NCBI GenBank assembly: GCA_002269645.1
Contig: NIVC01003703.1
Location: 1 to 64,000 of the forward strand
Length of the DNA stretch: 64,000 nucleotides
Source: Macrostomum lignano
Taxonomy: Eukaryota
Direction of reading: 5' to 3'
A program made the translations under genes and the position numbers. Positions 38,853 to 51,160 of the stretch are shown in pieces; position 1 is the first letter of the stretch; the number at the start of each line of letters is the position of its first letter. The notes beneath the pieces were generated by a model. It was not told the origin of the DNA. It did not search any database and saw only the letters and a list, made by a program, of their open reading frames with translations.

Positions 38853-41800
38853 ATGACGCGTAGCCGTAAGCGAGCAATTAGCGAGACTGAAAACAACAAC
38901 AATGCCTCCATGGCCGACAGCGGCGCTGGTGGCCCAGCCCGTAAAACTGCCCGCGCTGACACTGCCGCGGCTGCTGGCGCCTCATCGTCAGGCGCTGACT
39001 CGGCTGCTGTTGATAAAGTGCGACTGCACTTTAATAGTACGCCTGGTCAAGTGCTGACGCTGGGCGAGGGCGACACTGGCCAGCTTGGCCTGGGTGACGA
39101 AGTGCTGGGTAGAAAGCGGCCGGCCAAGGTTGACGGGCTCTCCAATGTTGTACAGGTGAGCCTTTTTCTAGCTTGAATTCAAGTAGCTCAAGGTTGAGTT
39201 GACAGGTGAGCATGATTTACAGGAGAATGACATTTATAAATTGTTTATCGCTAGATTGTGCAATTATTAGGGTTGAGAAGTGAAAGCATTTTCTGATGAG
39301 TGGAACATCATTATCGGGTGATATTGAAATGATTATTAGGTGAGTGAAATTATCGTGTCTGAGTGAAATGCTTATCGGGTCAGAGTGAAATGATTATCAG
39401 GTGAGAGTGAAATGATTATCGAGTGAGAGTAAAATGATTACCAGGTGAGAGTAAAATGATTTTCGGCTGAGATTAAATTGATTATCAGGTGAGAGTGAAA
39501 TGATTATTAGGTGAGTGAAATTATTATCGGGTCAGAGTGAAATGATTATCAGGTGAGAGTGAAATGATTATCGAGTGAGAGTAAAATGATTACCAGGTGA
39601 GAGTGAAATGATTATCGGGTGAGAGTAAAATGATTTTCGGCTGAGATTAAATTGATTATCAGGTGAGAGTGAAATTATTATCGAGTGAGAGTAAAATGAT
39701 TATCAGGTGAGAGTGAAATGATAATCGGGTGAGAGTAAAATGATTATCAGGTGAGAGTGAAATTATTATCGAGTGAGAGTAAAATGATTATCGGGTCAGA
39801 GTGAAATGATTTTCGGCTGAGATTAAATTGATTATCGGGTGGGAGATTAGAGGGAAATAATTAGTGGGCGAGAGTGATGAGGCCAGAGGTTGGAATGTAT
39901 GCTTTGAGCTCCAACTCCAATCCCACAGGCAGTGGCAGGCGGCATGCACACGGTCTGTCTAACAGCCGACGGTGTTGTGTACACATTTGGCTGCAATGAC
40001 GAACAAGCGCTTGGCCGATCCACCAGCGAAGACGGCAGCGAATACCTGCCCGGCCAGGTTGGAGAGGGCCTGCCGGACCCGGCCGAGGATCCGGTGGTGC
40101 ACATCTCGGCTGGGGACAGCCACACCGCGGCAGTGACCCGCACCGGCCGGCTGTATCTGTGGGGCACCTTCAGGGATAGCAACGGCATTATTGGTAATGT
40201 TGGAAATCGGGGCGCTGCTGCACATTGAGATCTGTTCAAATCCAGAGTGCTACCCCTATACCCTGTTAGGCCAGAGTGCTACCCCTATACTCTGTTGGGC
40301 CAGAGTGCTACCCCTATATCCTGTTGGGCCAGAGTGCTACACCTATACCCTGTTGGGCCAGAGTGCTACCCCTATATCCTGTTAGCCCAGATTGCTACCC
40401 CTATACCCTGTTATGCCAGAGTGCTACCCCTATACACTGTTGGGCCAGAGTGCTACCCCTATACACTGTTGGGCCAGAGTGCTACACCTATACCCTGTTG
40501 GGCCAGAGTGCTACCCCTATACACTGTTGGGCCAGAGTGCTACACCTATACCCTGTTGGGCCAGAGTGCTACCCCTATATCCTGTTGGGCCAGAGTGCTA
40601 CACCTATACCCTGTTGGGCCAGAGTGCTACCCCTATACACTGTTGGGCCAGAGTGCTACCCCTATACACTGTTGGGCCAGAGTGCTACCCCTATACACTG
40701 TTGGGCCAGAGTGCTACCCCTATATCCTGTTAGGCCAGAGTGCTACACCTATACCCTGTTGGGCCAGAGTGCTACCCCTATACACTGTTGGGCCAGAGTG
40801 CTACCCCTATACACTGTTGGGCCAGAGTGCTACCCCTATACCCTGTTAGCCAGAGTGCTACACCTATACCCAGTGAGGCCAGGGTGCTACCCTTATACCC
40901 TGTTAGCCCAGAGTGCTACCCCTATACCCTGTGAGGCCAGGGTGGTGCCTCTCCCTCAGGCCTTAACCTTCAGTAAATTATCCCCCTCTCAATACTGAGC
41001 TCTCGAACTGAGCGACACTCCTAAAAATAAAGCAACCTGCTCCACCACTCCGCCATGCCCTCCAGGCCTGACCCGCGCCAAGGAGGTGTCCGCCCGACCA
41101 ATTCAATTGGAATTTCCCGAGCCCGGCGTCCGAGTGGCCAAGACCGCCTCCGGCGCCTGCCATGTTGTCTGCCTGACCAGAGACGGCCGCGTGTTCACCC
41201 TGGGCTGCGGCGAGCAGGGCCAGCTCGGCCGGGTGAACGAACGCCTGGCCGGCGCTCACGGCGGCCGCAATGGTATGCAACTGTTTCTGGGGCCGCGCGA
41301 AGTTCGAATCCGCGGCTCGCCTTATTTCACAGACGTCTGGGCCGGGGCCTACGTCAGCTTCGCCAAGTCGGCTAAGAAAGGCGCCATCTACGCCTGGGGA
41401 CTCAACAATTATTACCAGCTGGGCACGGGCGATTTGGAGAACAAATTCTTTCCTGCGTTGGCTACCGAGTTCTCTGGTAAGCTTATGTTAGTGTATTTTG
41501 TATGACTAATTAGCTGACGAGGTATTATAATATTCATAAAGAATTGTCATACTCATAAACCAAAAATTGCCCATAAACCACCCCAGAATCACCCATAAAC
41601 CACCCCAGAATCGCCCATAAACCACCCCAGAATCACCCATAAACCACCCCAGAATCGCCCATAAACCACCCCAGAATCACCCATAAACCACCCCAGAATC
41701 GCCCATAAACCACCCCAGAATCACCCATAAACCACCCCAGAATCACCCATAAACCACTCAGAATCGCCCATAAACCACTCAGAATCACCCATAAACCACT

Positions 41801-43255
41801 CCAGAATCACCCATAAACCACTCCAGAATCACCCATAAACCACTCCAGAATCACCCATAAACCAGCCTCAGAATCACCCATAAACCACTCCAGAATCACC
41901 CATAATCCAGCCTCAGAATCGCCCATAAACCACCCCAGAATCACCCATAAACCACCCTCAGAATGGCCCACGAGGAAAAAAATTACACTACAGAGATGGC
42001 ACTTCATTAATTTCTTATTAGATTTATTCATATTAGACTTAATTTCGTATATTGGATTTCAGATAGTATACATTTGCGCAAAAGTGTTGGGGCCTTCTTC
42101 GACATTCGATTTTGTTATCCATCCTCTGCAGGCAAGCAGTGGCGAGAGGTGAGCACCGGCCAACACCACACCGTGGCCCTGGACGAGGCCGGCCAAGTGT
42201 ACTCAATTGGCCGGGGCGAGTACGGCCGGCTTGGCCGCGGATCCGACCGCCAGGAGTCCAGCGGCCGGCTGGAACCGATTGGCGGAGTCTTGGCTTCGCT
42301 GGCTTGCCGTCAGGTCAGCTGCGCCACCGCCTGCAGTTTCTGCGTTGCGGAGACTGACGGCTCGGCCTACGCCTGGGGCATGGGCAGCAACAAGCAGCTC
42401 GGCCATGGCGACGAAGACGAAGACGCCTTCCTGCCGGGCAGGATTGAAGGCAAACAGTTGGAGGGAGTCCGGGTGCTGTCTGTTAGCGGCGGCGGGCAGC
42501 ACACCGTAATGCTGGTGGCACCGAGAGCGGCCAAGGTTGATGCGCCTGCTGGCGCAGTATCTGCTGCGGCGTCTGCTTCTGCTGGGGATGATGCTACAAG
42601 ACCATCTGCTCCGTCTACGGCTTCCGGTGTAGTTTCCGCAACACCGACTGTAGCTACCACTGCGCCTGCTGCAGTTTCTGCTGCACCGGCTGCAGTTTCT
42701 GCTGCACCGGCTGCAGTTTCTGCTGCACCAGCTGCAGTTTCTGTTGCACCAGCTGCAGTTTCTGCTGCACCAGCTGTAGTTTCTGCTGCACCGGCTGCAG
42801 TTTCTACTGCACCAGCTGCAGTTTCTGCTGCACCAGCTGCAGTTTCTGCTGCACCGGCTGCAGTTTCTACTGCACCAGCTGCAGTTTCTGCTGCACCGGC
42901 TGCAGTTTCTGCTGCACCAGCTGCAGTTTCTGCTGCACCGGCTGCAGTTTCTACTGCACCAGCTGCAGTTTCTGCTGCACCAGCTGCAGTTTCTGCTGCA
43001 CCGGCTGCAGTTTCTACTGCACCAGCTGCAGTTTCTGTTGCACCTTCCGCCGCAACCGCTTTAGCCTCCGCTGTGCCTGCTATAGCCTCCGCTGTAACCG
43101 CTGTAGCTTCCGCTGCTCCGGCTGTAGTTTCCGCAGCGCCTTCAGCAGCTTCGGATATTCTATCTTCAGCTCCCGCCGCAGACGCGTCTGTTGCTGCTTC
43201 TTTAGCGGAGGGATCTTCGGCCACTCCGGCCTCCGATGCGCGCTCGGGAAACTGA
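38853..43255 (+). CDS. RCC1: Regulator of chromosome condensation 1 (Ran GEF), ~700 aa; exons 38853-39155, 39929-40193, 41066-41476, 42132-43255
   Basis: N-terminal basic tail, then RCC1 blades ([24 protein letters not shown]...[24 protein letters not shown]...[49 protein letters not shown]...[32 protein letters not shown]), close to canonical RCC1. GT-AG phases 0,1,1 are consistent. Confidence 0.92.
39300..39845. repeat. 22-bp minisatellite (GTGAGAGTGAAATGATTATCAG), RCC1 intron 1
   Basis: Period 22 (39401 to 39423). Confidence 0.9.
40244..40940. repeat. 29-bp minisatellite (GTGCTACCCCTATACACTGTTGGGCCAGA), RCC1 intron 2
   Basis: Period 29 (40621 to 40650). Confidence 0.95.
41565..41965. repeat. 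22-bp minisatellite (CACCCATAAACCACCCCAGAAT), RCC1 intron 3
   Basis: Tandem units visible directly. Confidence 0.95.
42655..43040 (+). repeat. 21-bp in-frame repeat (GCACCAGCTGCAGTTTCTGCT; APAAVSA) in the RCC1 last exon
   Basis: About 18 copies; the frame stays open to the stop at 43255. Confidence 0.85.
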
Positions 43256-43489
43256 GAAATTGTTCCAACGATTTTTCCAATTAACTACCGATCTATTATT
43301 GACTGTCAATTGTCCTATGTGTTCGTATAGTCAATATAATGCAGTCAATCGTATTGCAACCAATGCTTGCACTTTCAGCATTCGTGCAAATATGTGCTTT
43401 TGTTTTTAACTAAGTCGTTAATTTAACCATATGCGTAGCTTGCTAACTTGTTTAGCGGTCTGAGTTTATTGTTTTTTGGTTATCTTTGA

Positions 43490-43875
43490 ACCGGGGTTAG
43501 TGGTGACCCAGTGAATGGTTGAATTGGGGTTAGCGGTGACCCAGTGAATGGTTAAATTGGGGTTAGCGTTGACCCAGTGAATGGTTGAATTGGGGTTAAC
43601 GGTGACCCAGTGAATGGTTGAATTGGGGTTAACGGTGACCCAGTGAATGTTTGAATTGGGGTTAACGGTGACCCAGTGAATGGTTGAATTGGGGTTAGCG
43701 TTGACCCAGTGAATGGTTGAATTGGGGTTAACGGTGACCCAGTGAATGGTTGAATTGGGGTTAACGGTGACCCAGTGAATGGTTGAATTGGGGTTAACGG
43801 TGACCCAGTGAATGGTTGAATTGGGGTTAACGGTGACCCAGTGAATGGTTGAATTGGGGTTAGCGGTGACCAAGT
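43490..43875. repeat. 33-bp minisatellite (GTGACCCAGTGAATGGTTGAATTGGGGTTAACG) downstream of RCC1
   Basis: About 11-12 copies. Confidence 0.95.
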
Positions 43876-45209
43876 GGAATTCACCAGGGCATCTTTGCTC
43901 ATTGCTCTGATTTCCAATCGTTGATTTCATTAACAAAATCAAGCCGTAATTTAAAATTCTAAATTTTTGACTATCTTCTAATCCTGCTTAAGTTTTTGGT
44001 GATTTTGCAATCATATTTCATAATTTCGCATCTTAGCTATTAGATTGCAGTGTTTAGTTTTGTTTAATTCGTGTTAAGCCTTTTACAATTCTTTAAAATA
44101 TGAATTGTCATATTGATAAATATTAAATCTGTTTTCAGCGTGGCGTCCTGTAGTGCTTCAGCCTCATTACCGCACTAATAGGTTGTCAAATTGAACTTGA
44201 CAATTTATTATATTTATTAACTTATTAAACTTGCAGCGGGTGCCGCTTTGGCTTTTTGGTGCTTATCAAAGTCGCGTAAATAAAGTTACTTTTAACTGTC
44301 TCAGCAGCTCATGTCAACTTTAACTTCTGTAATGGATTAGCGAAGAAAACTGAGCATCGGTGCCTTTCAACATTGTTTTGTGTTTTTTTTCATCTGACCA
44401 AGACACATCTGAGAGAAATCGAGTTTCATTTTCGTAGCTTCTTGTGTTTGTGCGGCCCCGATAGAAAAAAGAAACTTACAAACTTGGAGAGTTTGCACAG
44501 TTTAGGGACTGCTATAATAATACTTGCTCTCGGCAATCTAAGCGAGATTGTACGATTGTAATTGCGAACTGAAAGAGAGATATTGGCACTTGTAGAAGAT
44601 ATGAAGACCCGAGCAGCAGAAACTCTGTCCCCCCTCCTGTCCAATAGCGCTTGCCTGGCTGACTTTCTATTATTGCTTCGCCAAAGTGTACAGCGCACCC
44701 GCCCCCAATCTGGCTCTGTACTTTAGTTCAGGCTTGGCCAAACAAAAACGAATAGCTGTGGCGTTCAGGCGCGTGTCTTCATTGCTTCTTTTGGTCGCAT
44801 TGGGGTTAGAGAATGCAGTGCTCAGCGAGACGGCTATGAGCACAGGGCAGCGGGGGTGGCGGGTGTTGAATCGCTACTCGCTTTCCCATTGGCTGTGCGG
44901 TGCACACCTGACACCTCGCTACGTGCACTTAACTCTCTAGCCCGGCCCTGTCCCCCCACTAATTCTCCTTCTCTACGCCCGCCCTGCTCAGCAGGCCCTT
45001 GCCATACGGAAGAGGTCTAGAGCAGAGCTACATAGAAGCAGCAAGCACATTAGCGACTGCCAGAAGCAAAGCTTACAGGCCGCAGGTCACCATAGAGGTC
45101 TCTTGTTGCAGCAGAATTGTTCTCAGCCAGGAGGAACAAGCGTCTTTTGACTGAGGCACCGCGAGCTGCTCACTGACAGCAAAGCGCCTGTCTGTCACGG
45201 GCTGTCGTC

Positions 45210-45920
45210 ATGTCTGTCGCCGACAATCCGCAGCTAGCCCTGTTCCGCTCGGTTGCCAAGGGCGACTGCGCCTCGGTGCTCGAGCTGATCCGCCAGGGCA
45301 TACCGGTTAACTGCAAAGACGAGGCCAACTTCAATTTGACGCCGCTAATCCGGGCCGCCTGGTCGGACAATGAAGACATGATCCGGCTGCTCATCGCCCA
45401 CGGCGCCGCTCTGAACGACTGCGAGAACCAGACCGGCGCCACGGCGCTGCACATCGCCGCCCAGCAAAACAACCAGCGCGTGGCCAAGGCGCTCATTGAA
45501 GCGCAGGCTCACGTCGACGCTGTAGACAAGAATCAGCAGACTCCCTTGATGGCCTGCGCCGCCCTGAGCCATCTGGAGATCGGCAAGGAGCTGCTCAAGG
45601 CCGGAGCTGACACCGACATGCAGCAGAAGAAAGGATTCACAGCGTTGCACTTCTGCGTCGAGCACAACCATCTGGAATTCGCCAGGCTGCTGGTGGAGTT
45701 CGACGCCAAGCTGGACGTGGCTACAAAGCCGGAGGCCGACAGGCACACGCCGTTCACCATGGCGGCTCTGATGGGCCACCTGGAGCTGCTGCAGCTGCTG
45801 TCAAACGCCGGGGCCGACATTCACATGCGCTGCAGCCGGGGCACCGCGTTGGAGCTGGCCAGGCAGAGCGGTGTGCAGGAGGCGGTCGCCTTCCTTGACG
45901 TTCTCTACAAGCAGAGGTGA
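45210..45920 (+). CDS. Ankyrin-repeat protein, 236 aa, about six repeats, single coding exon
   Basis: LTPLIRAAWSDNEDMIRLLIAHGA, TGATALHIAAQQNNQRVAKALIEAQA, QTPLMAC...LLKAGAD, GFTALHFCVEHNHLEFARLLVEFDA, HTPFTMAALMGHLELLQLLSNAGAD. Confidence 0.9.
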   Translation: MSVADNPQLALFRSVAKGDCASVLELIRQGIPVNCKDEANFNLTPLIRAAWSDNEDMIRLLIAHGAALNDCENQTGATALHIAAQQNNQRVAKALIEAQAHVDAVDKNQQTPLMACAALSHLEIGKELLKAGADTDMQQKKGFTALHFCVEHNHLEFARLLVEFDAKLDVATKPEADRHTPFTMAALMGHLELLQLLSNAGADIHMRCSRGTALELARQSGVQEAVAFLDVLYKQR

Positions 45921-46001
45921 GGCGGATGGCTCAGCACAGCCTATTCACAGAGGCCACTTTCACTGGTTGCTAAAGTAGGTGGTAATTAAAGCCACGATGG
46001 C

Positions 46002-46097
46002 CAACCCTCAAGGCACAGAGGCACAGAGAGCCTGACGATTAGAAAGACACGGCCGCTGTACATCCTGTGTGGGTGTGTGTATGAGAGCGTGCCTGTA
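46002..46097 (+). mobile_element. Isolated fragment of the SINE 3' tail (homologous to 54695-54797)
   Basis: Shares CAAGGCACAGAG...GCCTGACGATT.GAAAG...CCGCTGTACA.CCTGTGTG...ATGAG.GCGTG.CTGT with the tail of the SINE at 54473. Confidence 0.6.
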
Positions 46098-46297
46098 CTC
46101 AGTGACGCAGGACTCAAAGCAACCCCTGGCATCAAGACTTCGAGAAACCTCATTCATCAATAAGTTTGACCAGTTTGCCAAAAATTTACCAAAATGCCAA
46201 TCGAATTGTTCGCGTGACAAAAACTTTTGGATTGGTATTTACACGAGTACAATGTCGCTACAATACGCTACTCGACAGGCACATCGAGGAGAGCACG

Positions 46298-46758
46298 ATG
46301 AGCATCCCGCGGCAATCGGATCGGCCGCAGCAGCAGTCGGAGTCGGACACCGAGACTTCCGAGACCGAGACGGAGACCTCCGAGGACGACACGGATGGCG
46401 AGGCGGCAGCGGCAGGCCAATCTGGCGCCATCCACAGCTCCGCCCAGCTCAGGGTGCCGGCCCGGGGTCAGCCGGTGCACCGGGTCCAGTCAGACCGTCG
46501 CCTGGCGCCCTCTGACCAGGCCGAGGAGCATCGGACAGGCCGCAGCCGAACTCCGGAGAATCGCTGGCAGCAGCGCCAGCAGCAGGGAGCCGCCGCCGTG
46601 GCCGCCGTAGCCGCTGCAGCTGAACAGCAGCATCAGCAGCCTCTCGGCCACCGCCGCCAGATCAGCGCCGGCGGCTCCCCGGCGCCGTCCGCTCGCACTC
46701 CTGCGCGACGGCACAGGGAGCATCCGGCTGATCAGGTGCGCAACCTCCGCCTGGATGC

Positions 46759-46800
<42 letters not shown>

Positions 46801-48342
46801 ATCCCCTCGTCAGCGCTCAGCCACCGGCGGCAGCGAGCTCGGCGCAGTCGAGGGCATCAGCAACAGCTTCCGCACCTGGAAGATCAAGCGAAACGACAAG
46901 CCAATCGGCTCCGGCTCGTTCGGCGTCGTCTACCGGGCATTCACGGACAAGAACCAGTTTGTAGCTGTCAAGGTGGTGAAGGTGGCGAACAGCGCCAACC
47001 CGCAGCAGCTCAAGCAGGCCATCCGCAACGAGGAGAAAGGCGTCCGGCTGCTCAGCCGGCTCAACCACCGCAACATCCTTCGCTTCCTGAAGACCGACCG
47101 CGACCATCTGGGGAATTTTCTCATCTTCACCGAGCTGCTGTCCGGCAACAGCCTGTCCGGCATTCTGGAGGAGTACGGCGTGCTCACCGAGGACGGCATC
47201 GTGAACTTCACCAGACAGGTTGGAATTGGGGAGAGTCTGGGATCTCGTAGAAATTTTCGGAGCACCAACGTTTAGGTTTTGCTGACCGAAGTTTTAGGTT
47301 CTGGCGACCGAAAAATGGGTTGTATATTTAAGAAGAATGGCAGCGGGGGGATTTCCGCTGATTTCAAAGTTCATGTGGCCTTTGACAATGTTCAATACTT
47401 CCTACTTATTAATTACTAATTACCGCAATGTTTTTTTACGTACTCACTAGTCGCTACTTGCTACTTGCTACTTATTAAGAGCGGGATTTATACTTACAGA
47501 GCGCGGCGAAGTCATGGCAACTCGTTTGCACATTGTGCCAGCTATTTTGATTTATTAAAAAAATAAAAAAATGACATCCTACTACATATACGAGCGTACC
47601 GACTACCTACTACTTACTACCTACTACTTACTACTTATATACTACTTACTACTTACTACTTAATACGTACTACTTACTATCTACTACTTCCTACTTACAA
47701 TCTAACTACTTACTAACTTACTTCCTACAACTTACTACTTATATGCTACTTGCTACTTACTACTTACTATCTACTTACTTACTACTTACTACTTACTACT
47801 TACTACTTGCTACTCCCTGTTTACTATAGGAGCTCCCATTCAACTGAACTTCCCCGCAGATCTGCTCCGCCCTGGACTACATTCACACCTGCAACCCACC
47901 GGTGCTGCATCGCGATCTGAAGTGCTCAAACGTGATGCTGACTAACGAGGGCATCATCAAACTGATCGACTTCGGCCTGGCCAAGGAGATCCTCACCTCC
48001 ATCGCCTACAATCCCACTGGCATTGTTGGCACGCCGTGCTTCATCGCGCCCGAGATTCTGGACGGCCGGCATTTTACGGACAAATCGGACATCTGGTCGC
48101 TGGGCTGCACCCTGTTCGAGATGGCCACCGGGGCGCCGCCGAACGCCGACAAGCAGAGCGTCAACGCCGTGATGTTCGCCATCTGCAACAAGCCGATGCC
48201 CAAGATGCCGGTGCGGCACTCCCGCAACCTACACGCCTTCTACAATGCCTGCGTGCAGAAGCAGCCCAGGCTGCGGCCCTCAGCTGCCGAGCTGCTCAAC
48301 TCACCGCTATTGAAGGCCGCTTCTACGCACACCGAAGTGTGA
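46298..48342 (+). CDS. Ser/Thr protein kinase, STE11/MAP3K-like, ~467 aa; exons 46298-47218 and 47860-48342; disordered N-terminus with ~Q14
   Basis: [17 protein letters not shown] in alpha[42 protein letters not shown] are all intact. The phase-0 intron gives FTRQ|ICSALDYIH. The start was chosen at the ATG after acceptor GACAG (46278). Confidence 0.9.
47580..47815. repeat. 7-bp microsatellite (CTACTTA)n in the kinase intron
   Basis: Degenerate tandem units ending ~45 nt before the acceptor. Confidence 0.85.
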
Positions 48343-48529
48343 CGCAACCATTGATTTCGCTGTGGTTGATTGAGGAAGATGCTGTTTCTCAATTGGTCAC
48401 TCTTTGTCCTCCACGATGGAGTCTTTGTCAAGCCTACATTATTTAATTGTCTTCGTCGGGGGGGGGGGTTTGGTCTTTCTTTCGAGATATTTGAGCAAAT
48501 AGTTTGGTCTTCGATTTTTCAAATCTAGA

Positions 48530-48905
48530 AACGAATCAACAAAGGTCTTTGTCGGGCTACTGAAGAGTCTTTGTGAGAAACTTCAAATCAACAAAGGTCT
48601 TTGTCGGGCTACTGAAGAGTCTTTGTGAGAAACCTCAAATCAACAAAGGTCTTTGTCGGGCTACTGAAGAGTCTGTGAGAAACTTCAAATCAACAAAGGT
48701 CTTTGTCGGGCTACTGAAGACTTCAAATCAACAAAGGTCTTTGTCGGGCTACTGAAGAGTCTTTGTGAGAAACTTCAAATCAACAAAGGTCTTTGTCGGG
48801 CTACTGAAGAGTCTTTGTGAGAAACCTCAAATCAACAAAGGTCTTTGTCGGGCTACTGTAGAGTCTTTGTCAGAAACCTAAAAATCAACAAAGGTCTTTG
48901 TCGGG
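48530..48905. repeat. 52-bp tandem repeat (AAATCAACAAAGGTCTTTGTCGGGCTACTGAAGAGTCTTTGTGAGAAACTTC), ~7 copies
   Basis: Period 52 (48541 to 48593). Confidence 0.9.
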
Positions 48906-49664
48906 TGTAGAGTACAAAGCGAACTTGATGTTGAAATAGGCTCACTTCTTGGGCACCATTGTTGAAATCATACTAAAATTAGCAAAAATCTTCTAAACGT
49001 CTTCAGCCTACTTATCTTACCCTCTGATTTCTAGAAATTTCTAGAAGTTCAACTCGATCTTGCTGGGAACTACCAGGTACAGTGCAATCAAACCCCCGCA
49101 GTGTCTTGCTGTGTCCTGTCATGCTTAACCATTTGACTGAGCAATGAGTATCAACTTTGCTTTCCTCTAACCCGTTTTCTCTCAATCCGCACTTGACTTG
49201 CTTCCTCAGAGAAAAGAAGACGCACAAAAGACACCCGCCGATGTGCCTTCGTTTTGCACCATCAAGGTCTTTTAATTAGTGTTGAATTTGTCCAGTCCAA
49301 GGTTCACCCCATGGCTTACAGTAGCTGTGTGCTTATTCGACAATTGAGTCTTATGCCTCATTTTTACTTGATACTCATTCCAACCTGTTCCATCCATCAT
49401 TATTTTTGCTTTTTCGTCGTTATCCAGTTAGCAAATCCTTTTAATGAATCGATTTTTAAGCTTCTAACTTTGACTTAGTATAAAAGCAAGCAGTTCTCTG
49501 AGATAGTTCCTGTGCTAATAGACAATAAGTGCATCGGAAATATAGTCTTTACAGAACAGTTTTCAAGCTTACAATTGCGAGTGAAAATGCAGTACTTTAC
49601 CAAGCAAAGCCTTAAGTAATGCTTCTTTATAATGCACTGACTGCCTCAGGTCTTTCCACAAAGG

Positions 49665-50075
49665 ACCCTCACCCTGAATGTCCCCCAATCACCCTCGCCC
49701 TCTGAATGTCCCCCAATCACCCTCACCCTCTGAATGTCCCCCAATCACCCTCACCCTCTGAATGTCCCCCAATCACCCTCACCCTCTGAATTTCCCCCAA
49801 TCACCCTCACCCTCTGAAGTTCCCCCAATCACTCTCACCCCCAAAAGAATCCCTCTCACCCCAATCACTCTCACCCCCAATCACTCTCACCCCCAATCAC
49901 TCTCACCCCCAATCACTCTCACCCCCAATCACTCTCACCCCCAATCACTCTCACCCCCAATCACTATCACCCCCAATCACTCTCACCCCCAATCACTCTC
50001 ACCCCAATCACTCTCACCCCAATCACTCTCACCCCCAATCACTCTCACCCCCAAAAGAATCCCTCTCAGCCCCGA
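49665..50075. repeat. Compound C-rich minisatellite: 23-bp (CCCCCAATCACCCTCACCCTCTGAATGT-like) grading into 16-bp (AATCACTCTCACCCCC)
   Basis: Tandem units visible directly. Confidence 0.85.
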
Positions 50076-51160
50076 TGACCTCACTGTCACCTTTTGATCT
50101 GATTTGACTGTATAATTGTTATGTTGTTGTCAATGTTTAAATAAAAATATCAATAGATTACTCGTACACTCAACAGACTACTAACAGTACAAACATGTGC
50201 ATTTGAGGCCAGTATAAATATAGAGATATCATGTGCCGCAAATGATGAAGCATGAATTTGAAACTGCTTGTCTCCTCCTCCACTCCGCATGCAGCCAGCC
50301 TCGCTCGCAAAGAGCTGCTCGAAGCCCCATTATGTCTGTCAGTCAGTCTCTCTCCGTTTCCCCAGTTTTTTGTCTCTGTCTCCCCTCCTCCTCTCTCTCT
50401 GTCTGTCTGTCTGTCTGTCTCCTCTCCTGTCCAAATCTGATTGGCCTGGCTGCTGCCATCCACGGAGAGGCGGGTTGGCGAGACGCTGGGAATGGCGAGA
50501 CGCCGGACAGGCGGGAATAAAACTGTAGGGGGGGGTGGCCGCTAATGCACGCATAGACCTATTATTGAGAGATACAGCGGCTCAGAGCCGGGCATAGGTA
50601 GGGTAGGAGAGAATCCCACCACTGTCACCGCGTATTCAGTAGCCAACCTGCCAGCGTAAGAAGACAGCGACACGGAGGGACGGAGAGCACGCGTCAGGTA
50701 ACTCAATCCCCTTCGTTTCCATCACCCCTGTTTCACCTGCAGCTCGCCTGGCCCCAGAAAGCCAGCCAGCCTGCCGCCTGTTTTTTCTCAACTCAGTTCT
50801 CTACTCAAGCCTCACTACTCTCACTGCCCCCATTCCTGAATTCCCCTTCGCATTGTTGCCTCTGTTTGCCAAGCCCGCACGGCCCATGCAGACGCCAGCT
50901 CAAACAAAGCAGCTGCATCTCGCGCACCTGTTCGCCGTACCGTCCAACCCCCCAAATCCTCTCTAGCTATTCAGCTCACCTGAATCCTTCTGTCTTCTGA
51001 CTCTGCAAGACTCCCCTCATCCACCCCCTCCACCGATACTCAACTCGCCAGCCTGCACCTGCCGCCCGGCGATGCCGAAAGGGCTCCCGAAGCAGCAGCA
51101 GCAGCAACCGGAGACTGCACGTCGTTGACGACTTTGCGTGTTGGACTTGGCAACACGGCA

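Noticed and set aside
46166-46297. Upstream extension of the kinase ORF from the TTG at 46166
   Set aside because: Non-ATG start, AT-rich composition, and an acceptor at 46278 precedes the first ATG.
49012-49227. hAT transposase relic (THCSVKWLS resembling H..TRWLS)
   Set aside because: A single short motif with no termini; too weak to call.
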